Part shown: positions 26,292 through 36,139 of the stretch, in pieces
Layout of the letters: every line of letters begins with the position of its first letter
Numbering within the stretch: the stretch's first letter is position 1
NCBI GenBank assembly: GCA_039621445.1
Contig: CP154954.1
Span: 24,626,954-24,690,953 of the forward strand
Direction of reading: 5' to 3'
Source: Euglena gracilis
Lineage: Eukaryota
DNA: 64,000 nt
Made by a program: the position numbers and the translations under genes
Notes under the pieces: model-generated
Told to the model about the DNA's origin: nothing
Database searches by the model: none
The model's input: the letters and a program-made list of their open reading frames with translations, nothing else

Positions 26292-27695
26292 GATTTAACT
26301 TTTTATTTGCGCATATGCGCAAATCCCCCGATTTTTTGATTCCGGCGGGGAAGGTCCAAGGGTTCAAGGGACACGCCGGCAAGCAAGGGCAAAAACGAAG
26401 TGATTTTTCGGTTTTGGCGATGAGACCCCTGGGGTTTTGGGAAAAAATGGTGTTTTTTGGGATGTCCAAAATTTTTATTTTAGGCCAAACCCCCGGGACC
26501 CTGCCCGCCAAAATAGAAAAAAAACTGAAAAAAGCACCTGGGGACCGGGACCCTGCCCGCCCCTGTGGTGACGCGGAGCCTTTTTTGGGGAAGCGGACTC
26601 GCCGGCAGTGTGTTCCCTCCCGGTGCCTCGGAGTGTGTGTGTCTATTTTGACCTTTGGGACTTGTGAATTTTTGATTGGTAAGGAAAGCAGCAGACAGGG
26701 TGGCAGGGCTTTGGGAGGGGTGCGGGTTGGGGGGTCCGGTGTGCAGGGGGTGCAGGGAGGAGGGGTCCACGGGTGCAGGGGTGACGGTGCGAAGGGTGCG
26801 CAGGGGTGGTGTGCGGCGGGCAGGGCGGTGGGGGTGAGGCACCCGCAGGGGTTGTCAGTGGGGGCCTGGTTGCCTGTGTGTGGAGGCTTGCGTGCGTGCA
26901 ACCCGTTACTTTGACCTTGATGTTTTTGTGAGGCACCAAAACAGATAATTGATGTTGATGCGCGCAATTGCGCAAATCAAACGTACGGTGGTGTGCGTGC
27001 CAGGGTGTGGGAGGGGTGCCGGTGGAAGAACCAGACGATTGAAAGAGATGGGGATGAAAAGATAAGAGGGGAAAGAGAAAAGGCAGACTGGCAAACAGAC
27101 CCCCGGCGGGCGGGGTACACGCTGACCGCCCGGGGCTGAACAGGAAGGAGGGGGGCCGCCCCGCACTCCGCCGCGCGCAGGTTGTCAGTGGGGGGCGGTG
27201 CTTGGGGGGAGGGGTAATTAATTTTTTTTTTTGAACACGGGTGAGAGGGGCAGCACGGCACGAGAGGGGGGCTGCAGGGTCACGAGAGGGGGCGTGTCAC
27301 ACCAACCCACAAAAAAAAAACACAAATCCACCTCCCTGCAGGGTAGAGGGCGTGGGGATGACGGTTAGCAGGGAGGCGGTGTACACGGACACCACGGCGG
27401 TGGGGCAACTGTCTCTGAGCTGGCAGACAAATAACAAAACAAACAAAGTGTGCGTTTTACTTGCGCAAGTGCGCGCACCAAACGCAATGATGAATTTTTT
27501 TGAAATAAGAATTCCGAGAGAGGACAGACCATAGCCGAGAGGGGACTGAGAGGGGGAAACATTTGTAACCGTAACGTTTGCGCAAATGCGCGCATCAAAC
27601 GTGTATCACAGAGAAAAAAAAAACACTGAAAACTGAGTGGGGTGATGCAGGGAACAAACAAGAGAGAAGTTGCTGAGACAGGCCCACAGCCAGTC

Positions 27696-30600
27696 TCACT
27701 TCTTGTGCTTGGAGAGCCGCTTGGCCAGGCTCTCCGAGGCGGCCGCCGGCTTGGCGCCGGGCTTGGCCAGCCCGCGGCGGACGGTGCTCCGGGGCGCCGC
27801 AGCCGGGGCGGTACGAGCCGGTGGCGGCGCCGGGGCCTCCGCCTCCTCCTCCTCGGACTCCTCCCCCTCGGACTCCTCCGCCGCTGCCTCCGGCGCTGCC
27901 GCTGCTGAGGCCGCCGCTGCCTGCGACGCCGCTGCCTCCGCGGCCACCTTGGCCTTGGAGGCCTCGATGATGTGCTTCATCGCCGGGTACTTCTTGGGGT
28001 CCAGCAGGTGGTACGACTTGGGGCCCTTCAGGGCCTCCCCCGGTCCCGGGGGACGGATCAGGCCCGCCGCCTTCCACCGGGTGTCCTCCCCCTTGCCTTT
28101 CCCCTTGCCCTTGCCCTTGCCCTCCCCCTTCTTCTCCTCCCCCTTCTTCTCCTTCCCCTTCTGGGTGGGCTCGGGCTTGCGGTACCCGGGGGTGATCTCC
28201 TCGATGGTGTCCTCCTCCTCTTCCTCTTCTCCCTGCGCCGCTGGTGGGGCTGCGGGGGCTTCGCTGGCGACCGGCGAGGAGGTGTCGCTGCTGCCACTGC
28301 TGGTGCTGCTGCTGCTGTCCTCCTCCACCTCCTCCGCCTCCGGGTGACGGCTCGGCTGGGCCCGGGGCGGCGGCGGCACCAGGACGGGGCTGGGCCCCTC
28401 CTCGGGCTGGCTGGCGGGCGGGGTCAGCTCCGGGGTCTCCCGCCCCGGGGCACTCATCTCGACGTCGCTGCCCTCCTGCGGGCTGTCCGCGGCCTCGGTC
28501 TCCTCCCGTCGGGGTTTGGGCGCTGGGGGCCTGCTGGCCTTCTTCTCCGGCTCCTTCTTCCGGCGCTTCTTCTTCCGGTCCGCCCCACCCTTCTGGCGCT
28601 CCTCCAGCCTCTGCAGGCGGCGCTGCTCCTGCCGGACCTTGGTCTGCTGGCGCCGCTCCTCGGCCTCCTTGGCCCTTCGCGCCGCCTCCTCGGCGGCCAG
28701 GCGGAGCTTGTCCTGCAGGGCGGCGTTCTCCAGGGGGACCCAGAGGGCGTCGCCCCCTTCCAGGGCGGCCAGCAGGAGGGGCAGCATGGCGGAGGACACG
28801 GGGCGGGGCAGGGTCACCGTGTTGGCCACGGTCTGGGTGACGTCCTCCAGGCTGCTGGCCGAGTCCTCCACCACCACCAGCACCTCCGGGGGCTTGGCCG
28901 CCCAGGCCGCCACCCGGCCCGCCACCGCGGCGTCGGCGGTCTGGATGACCATGGCGTTGGCCGCCTCCATCCGCCGCACCACCCGCCGCCACAGCCACTC
29001 CACGCACAGCCAGTGCAGCCCCGCCCCGCAGCTGGACTCCACGTCCCACTCCACCTTCGGCAGCACCTACGAGGGGAGCCAGGCAGGCAGGCATAGACAG
29101 GGGAAAGCTTTTTTTGTGCACAAGGTGCGCGCAATTGCGCAAGTAAAATGAGAACCACCAAAAAAAAAACCGTGGCAGTCATTGCAGCAGCAAGCAGTTT
29201 AATTGTGACACTCCCATGTATGCACATTGTGTGGGGGAGGGTGTACACCTTGCTTCGCTCCACGTCCCCCGGGCCGAACACCACCACCAGCGTCCTCTTC
29301 TCGAACCTGCGGGCCACCCCCTGGCCCCCCTGCCGCAGCCACACGTCCACCGTCACCGACTCCCGCCCCGGCGCCAGCCGCCGCACCGCCGCCTCCACCG
29401 CGGCCACCGCCCCGACACCACCGTAGATGGCGACCGGCACGACGCCGGCCAGGCGCTTGACCTGCTCAGACAGGAGGGGGCAGGATTCTGTTTCACTGGA
29501 CACGTTTCTGAAGTGCGCTGTTACATTTGCGCAAGTGCGCGCATCAAATTTAAAAAAAAATGCACACAGTATATGTCACAAGCAGCCGCGTCGAGAGGGG
29601 AGAGTGAAATGCAATGAAATGAATTTTGTGTTTGGTGCGCGCAATTGCGCAAGTCAAACGGGAACATCAAAAGGAAAAATACACCAAGCAGAAACAGAAC
29701 CCTGAGCCGGTACTGGGCGTGACCTCCACCACCACCAGGCCCACCGCGGCCCCCAGCGCCTCCGCCGGCACCGCGCCGGCGCTGGCCTTGTAGGCCAGGC
29801 ACTTCACCGCCTTCTCCTCCCCGTACGGCCGGGCCACCCCCACCTCCTGGAGGGCCCCGCCCTCCTTGGCCACCACCTCCGACTGCACCGCCGGCAGGGC
29901 GAAGGAGCCCCGCAGCTCCTCGTACTGCGCCTCCACCCAGAAGGCGGCCGTCAGCACCGCCGCCAGGGGGGGCTTCGGCTCCACCGGGCTCCACGTCCAC
30001 GACCCCAGCCGGGTCACCTGCAGCGCCGCCGCCACCGGGACGGTCCGCTTGAAGCGGCTGCGCTCCGCCCCGTTCGCCACTGCAGGAGGAGCACGGGCGG
30101 GGTGGGACTACGGACACACCACGTCACCCGTCAAATGCATCTGTGTGCATGCACCCTATGCACCATATGCACCCTCATAACCTTATCCCAGATGGATTGA
30201 ACAACGGTGGCATACCGATCAGCCCGTGGATGTGGGGGTTGTCCTGCCGCCACGCGAAGGCCACCCACATCTCGTGGGTGGCCTCGGTCACCGCCTGCTC
30301 CAGCTGGGCCAGGCCGATCCCCGGGCTCTGCAGCGCCGCCGCCACCTGCGCCCGCGCCTCGGGGGTCAGCAGCCGCCGGAGGCTGCGCACGTGGGAGGAC
30401 AGCAGCATGCGGCCCCTGGCCGCCAGCGCCGACTCGACGCTCAGCAGCCCCGCCACCGCCTCCGGGTTCTCCTCCACCAGCCGCTGCAGCGGCCCCCACA
30501 TCTGGATGACCTGCCCCTGAGAACAAGTGAACACACTGTACACCCCCGACCGACAAGTTGCAATGTGCAATGCGTTCACTTTTGATGCGCGCAATTGCGC

Positions 30601-31875
30601 AAATGAAACGAGAACACTCTCCATGTAATGCACTGGCTGACTGGCAGTGGGCGGACACCTGGGCGACCGACCGGTCCCAGCCGGCCTGCCGGTAGGCCGC
30701 CGCCAGCCGCACCGCCGGCACCGTGGAGATGTCCTTCCCCTTCACCAGGAGGTTGGCGAACTGGGGGATGGACAGCTCCTTCACCGCCGACTGGATGGCC
30801 TGCGCGTCCCCACCGGCGGCCCGCCGCAGGTGCACCGGGGTCAGGGGGTGCAGGATGGTGGCGAGGACGTACTTCCCCTGGCCACAGCCCTGCATTTGCA
30901 CCGTTGTCTGTCACACCTGGGAGGGGCTGCATAGGAGGGGCGTCACGAGAGGGGGCGTCACGGGAGGGGGCGTCACGGGAGGGGGCGTCACGAGAGGGGG
31001 CGTCACGAGAGGGGGCGGAGGGGGCGTCACGAGAGGGGGCGTCACGAGAGGGGGCGTCACGAAAAACACACAAACAAATACAGGTCTGATCCCTTCGGGG
31101 GGTTCAACTTCTGGGACCGGAAGCCCTCCGCCCAGCGCTTCAGCGCGGAGGTGATGTGCTGCCCCGACATCAGCACGTAGTGGTTCTCTGTGACGACAAC
31201 GCAGGGAGGTGCGCGCAATTGCGCAAGTAAAACGAACTGTGTGTCTAAGTGCGCGCAATTGCGCAAGTCAAATGCATCACGTGTGCATGTGCGCGCAAAT
31301 GCGCAAATCAAATGCTTTGTGTGTTATTGCGCGCAATTGCGCAAATAAAATGGTACTCACAATGCAAAGCACTTGCCAAAGCTGAGCCTCACATACCAAA
31401 AGAGTCTGCGCACACAAACCAATTTCACAGAAACCGTCACACCTCAAACACACATGTAAAACACAATCGCAGTGGGAGACACACCGGCCTTCTTCCAGAC
31501 CGTCACCCTCACTGGCTCCAGCGGGGGGTTGAGCTGCAGCTGCCGGAGCTTGCGCTCCACTTCGTTGTTGTCGAGGGGGCGGGTCTGGCCCTCCGTCATC
31601 CCGTAGTCGACGTGGAGGGTGTCGAGGGGGAGTCGGGTGCCGGTCGCCAGCACCCATTGCTTGACCTCCTCCTTATACACCTCCGCAATGGGGAGCTTCC
31701 GGGCGGTACTTCGGGGGCGGATCCGCCCCGCCTTGGGGGCGGGCTTCGGCTCCTCCGCCGCTGCGGCCTCCGCCGGGGCCGGCTCGCCGCCAGCCTCCGC
31801 CGCCTCGGTCCCGGGCTCCGCCTGGCCGGGGATGACGGGTTCCCCCTCCGGGGGGACAGCAGCAGGGTCGGCCAT
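27696..31875 (-). CDS. 7-exon cargo gene (~1000 aa): ParB/Srx-like N-terminal domain, possible degenerate DNA amino-methyltransferase fold, coiled-coil/charged low-complexity C-terminus
   Basis: Exons: 31875-31485 (ATG; donor G|GTGTGT), 31187-~31075 (acceptor CAG|), ~30890-30659 (donor CAG|GTGTCC), 30516-30216 (donor G|GTATGC), 30079-~29723, 29461-29249 (donor AAG|GTGTAC), 29066-27696 (acceptor TAG|; stop). Four of six junctions are phase-consistent GT-AG; the donors of exons 2 and 5 are uncertain. The spliced N-terminus reads GQTRPLDNNEVERK...PVRVTVWKKAENHYVLMSGQHITSAL, resembling the ParB/Srx/DGQHR 'R.l....v..l ... vl.dGqHr..Al' pattern. Confidence 0.8.
30936..31062 (+). repeat. 15-bp minisatellite (GAGGGGGCGTCACGR, ~8 units) in intron 2 of the cargo gene
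   Basis: Directly visible tandem units; related degenerate units occur at ~27243-27300. Confidence 0.9.
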
Positions 31876-32420
31876 GGTGTGGGACCTGGGGCAAGGCGCC
31901 GTTACAAGGGGGGGGGGGGAGATATCCAGTGACTGAAACACACACGCAACAACTGCATTCAACACAGTCAAATACAGTCAAATCTACGGCAGGCAATCCG
32001 CCCAAATTGTGACAAAAATTCATCCGACTTAGGCATTTTCAGGCAAAAAATGGAAAAAGTGTGAAACAGTGCAACGGAACGCACAACATGCATTATTCCG
32101 GTCCGTAGCAAGGGGGGGTATGGATATGCTACGTTTTTGTAATCTTTCACGGCCTATCTGTGTCACAAAACGCCCAACACAAACCGGGGCTGACACGTCA
32201 CGCATTCAGGTCGCGTAACTGCTAACGCACGGGCGGTTTGCCGTTGGCGTCCGTAGGCCTGCTGTTTTGGAAATCTAGAAGTCATATGGCGTGAAGTTTC
32301 TGAATTTTTTTCTTTTGGTGAACATACACCCCGTCACGGCGCATCGAATGACCCATAAAATAAGGCGTGGTGTTGCTTGTATCAAAAGTTACTGTTTCGT
32401 CGCCTCATCGGCAAATTCGC

Positions 32421-32638
32421 TCAGTCGGACCCCTCGAAGGGGTCCGCCGGGACGTACGCGCGGGGCGCCCTCAGCGACACCACGTCCCGACTGCTGGTGG
32501 CTGCCCCGCGTCCCACAGGGTCCTCCGGCACCCTCCCGCCCGCCCGCGGAGGCGACTCGTCACCCGCTGGTGACTCGAATCGTGACCTTCGAGTCGGTCG
32601 CTCAGACGGGGACTCCTCCGATGAGGACTCAGCAGCCC
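32421..32638 (-). CDS. Probable terminal low-complexity exon of the transposase gene
   Basis: GC-rich open frame (AAESSSEESPSERPTRRSRF...DPFEGSD*) preceded by a CAG acceptor, on the same strand and downstream of the transposase. The splice phase to the upstream exon could not be confirmed. Confidence 0.35.
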
Positions 32639-32680
32639 TGGCCAACAACAGACTCACGGTGCACCAAAAAATCTATTTTT

Positions 32681-32732
32681 AGAATTATTACTTTTGATGC
32701 GCGCAATTGCGCGCATCAAAAGTAATAATTCT
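32681..32732. repeat. Perfect 52-bp palindrome centred on the element motif
   Basis: AGAATTATTACTTTTGATGCGCGCAA|TTGCGCGCATCAAAAGTAATAATTCT. Confidence 0.95.
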
Positions 32733-33143
32733 TCTGGGAAGGGGGGTCCATGCTGTGATCTTTGAAAACTGTAACATTGTGAAACTTACTTGCTTACTTA
32801 CTGTCAAATTTTCAGCACCCTTCCCTCTGCTCCCAGAAAGCGTACGCTTTATCAAGCGCAAGCACAAATCTGAAGAACTGGGTATACCCCCCTGACAAAT
32901 AAGACGGTATCTTTCACCCGGGATAGCACGAATTTCTTAACGGATGCTGTACACCAACGGGGCCTACTGCACGTCTCACATAACAGCGCATCAAAAGTGT
33001 GGTACACTTTTGATGCGCGCAATTGCGCAAATAAAAATGTATAAACTGTTTCCCAAGGCAGAGCCGTATCTACAGCCTCTCCGTATGTGTGCACACGTTT
33101 TGTACGTTTGATGCGCGCAATTGCGCAAATGATAATTCACATA

Positions 33144-36139
33144 TCACAGTTTCTCTGCTCTGAACGTTAGTATAACCGCAGTAATGCTGAACACCCCCTC
33201 TAAAACGTGCTGACCAACCGGGAGTCTGGATGCTGCCTGCCCAGGAGCTCTCTCCTGGCGTGGACGACGGCGACCCAGCACGCTGTCCCAGTGGACGTGG
33301 CACAGGTCCAGCTGCGCCTGCGACCGCCGACTGCGGCCTGTCTGCGCGTCGAAGCAGAGCTGGTCCAGCTCAGTAGCGGCGTCAGCAGAGGGCACCTGGT
33401 CCTTCAGGAGCGTCCGCAGCGCGTACTGCAGGACGTCCTTCAGGGCGGTCTCGCCCTTCGGCCCCGCGTCCGGCGCCAACAGGGACGGCGGGCCCACCCA
33501 GCCGTCCGGCCACCGCGGAACCACGGACTGGTCCTCGGACTCCTCCCCCTCGTCCGCGTCCAGCTCCTCCGGCTGCCGCCGTCGCTCTCGGCGCAGCCCC
33601 CGCACTGAGGCGTACGTCACCATCTGGTGGACCAGGCGGTCCGGGGCGTCCAGCGGCGGCCGCAGCTCGCTGCCGTCCAGCAGGTAGTCCAGGTTGCGCA
33701 GGCAGTCCGCCAGCCACCGCCGGTCCACCCCGCCCGCCCGCAGCTCCCGGGCGCCGTGGTGCCCCTGCCGCACCAGGAGGTAGAGGTCCATCACGTCCTC
33801 CACCTCCACCGCCTCCGGGTGCTGCTGCATCGACCCGCCCAGCCTGCTGAGGGTCGCCTCGTTGACCTCCTCTGAGAAACAGCAGGCGGGCAGGTCCGCC
33901 ACCGGTCCCACATCAGCAGCGCGCACGCCAGCGTCCGCACGTAGTCGGAGTGGCCCCGTGGGCGGTGCCCGGGTGTCGGCGCCTCCAGGTGCAGCAGCAT
34001 CGTCAGGGCGTTGCACAGCACCTTCCGCGCCTGCCCGCCCGTCTGCGGCCGCCGCTCCTCCCAGTGGCACTCCCGCACCTGCCACCCCAGCGCGAAGCAG
34101 GCCGGCGCCCACACCAGCAGCAGGTCCTCCAGTGCCTGCGCCACCGCCAGGTCCCGCTCCAGCTTCTCCAGGGCCTCCACCGCCTGGGCCTCCTTCCGGC
34201 GGCAGTGCTCCAACGCCCGGATGCACTCCATCTGCCGGCTTCCGGCCTGCCACGCCCGCTCCATCTTGGCGCTGGCCGCCGCGTGCCGCACCTGCCGGGC
34301 GGTCTGCCGCTCTGCCTCCTCCTGCCGCCGCTGGGCCTGCTGCGTCTTCTGCCGGCGCCGCTCCACCTCTGGCACCACGGTGTCCCGCCGCCGCCGCAGG
34401 GTCCGGATCAGCCGTCGCAGGCGGGCGCGGCGGTCCGCCGGCACCAGCAGCATGGCGCCGACCCACATCTCCAGCGCCCGCACCTTCGGCTTGGTCGACC
34501 ACTGCTCGCCCGGCGCCATGGTGTGCCCCGCTGCAGGAACAGGAACAGCGGCAGCAGGCGGCGGTACAGCACGTACAGCACCTGCTTGTACGCGTGCCAC
34601 ACGCCGTACAGCGGGGGCAGCTGCCGCAGCGCCTCGCCCGCGTCCCACCGCTGGCACTCCCGCCCGTAGACCACCTTCAGCTGGCGGTACCACAGGTTGA
34701 TGTCCACCAGCAGGGGCAGCGGCGCCCTCACGCGGCCCAGGACGTCGCCCTTCAGGAAGCGGAGGACCTTCAGCATCCCCACCTGGGAGGAGATGCGGTC
34801 GTCCGTCAGCATGAAGGGGCGCCACACCGGGACGCGGGCGTTCTCTCAGCCGCATCGGAGCCGCCTAAGTGTGTGTAACACCAAGTGCATGGTAACACCC
34901 CTGCTACAAAACGGACCATAAGCAACTTTTGATGCGCGCATTTGCGCAAATGCGCGCATCAAAAGTTGCTTTGCAAATATTCAACAGATGCAGAGAGTGA
35001 CCCAGGACTGGAACTCACTTCAGTTCACATGGTGCGCGCAAATGCGCAAGTCAAATGGGACTGACAGCACAAAAGAGAAATCTGCGTATAGTACTGTCTG
35101 CCAGTTGCCTCACCTCACTGAATTTCAAACACTTCTTTCGTAACATTTGCGCAATTGCGCGCACATTACGTAGCAATTCAACTTCGTTCAACTGAGACCC
35201 AGTCACAACCTCAACCCTCCAGGACATCGACACCAATGTACACAGGTTGTTCACACCCCTCGACCCATCCACCGACGCAGACCGTTTCAAAAAGAGAAAA
35301 AAAAAAAACAGACCCAGTCCCTCTGATGGTTGGGGCACGTCCAGCGGTACGCGCAGCTCGTGCGCCTCCAGCGGGCGTGCGCCGATCTCGGCCACCAGCT
35401 CCAGGAACGCCGGCAGGTCGCTGCGCACCAGCCGCGCGGCCACCCGGGGGATGCGGCCCAGCAGCTGCTCCAGCGACGGGTACCCCGGGTACTCCGGGAT
35501 GCCGCCCACCGCCGTCCGCATCATGGACATCACGCAGCAGTCGTGGGTGCGGATCACCATCCTCGGGTTCGACGTCATCGCCCGCTTCCAGAAGTTGTCG
35601 AACCAGAGGACGCAGCTCCGCCCCTCCGACTGCTGCCACAGGTCCTCCAGGCGCTCGCAGGCCCGCTCCCGCCGCCACTGCCGGTTCCACACCGGCTCCC
35701 CCGGCAGGATGCCGCTGGGCCGCAGCAGTCGGCTGGCCGCCCGGTGCCGGGCCAGCGGCGCCTCGTGCTCCTCCGCCACCACCCGCTGCGCCGCGCGCGG
35801 GCAGGCGTGCTGTCGGAGCGCCCGGTACACCGCCCAGGCGTCCTTCAGCAGCAGCTCGATGCGGGGCCGCCGGGGCTCCCGGGCCAGCTCGTCCAGCAGC
35901 GCCGCGCCGCCCTCCGTCCGCAGCGGCACCCGGGTGTGCGCCACGTGCACCACCAGGGTCTGCAGCGGGTGGCCGCGCTGCACCACCGCCGCCACGAACT
36001 CCTCGTACGTGGCGGCGTAGTGGGCCTTCACCAGCTGGCCCAGCAGCTTCCCCAACTCCGCGGCCTGGGCGGCCTCCTCGCTGTAGCCCTCGTAGCCACG
36101 GCGCCGGGAGTGGGTGCTGCTTGCCTGGGAGGACTCCAT
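33144..36139 (-). pseudogene. Spliced RNase-H-fold DDE transposase (RAG1/Transib/DUF6589-like), with two frameshifts in this copy
   Basis: GC-rich coding blocks at 36139-~35313 and ~34845-~33219 lie either side of an AT-richer intron. Motifs in order: VLWFDNF (D at 35597-35599), WRPFML..SSQVGMLKVL, LLVDINLW (D at 34702-34704), PLYGVWHAYK, DYVRTL, FSEEVNEATLSRL (E at 33858-33860; compare Transib LSEEAQEARNK and RAG1 SEGNESGNK). The reading frame shifts near 34522 (...QRG|TMAP) and near 33898 (...DRW|DLPACC). The intron junctions are approximate. Confidence 0.7.
34920..34971. repeat. Perfect 52-bp palindrome inside the transposase intron
   Basis: AAGCAACTTTTGATGCGCGCATTTGC|GCAAATGCGCGCATCAAAAGTTGCTT. 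Confidence 0.95.

Noticed and set aside
31208-31350. Regularly spaced palindromes (also 19165-19365) as a mini-CRISPR array
   Set aside because: Only four copies with short linkers, inside a spliceosomal intron, and the same motif is dispersed in both orientations across the element.
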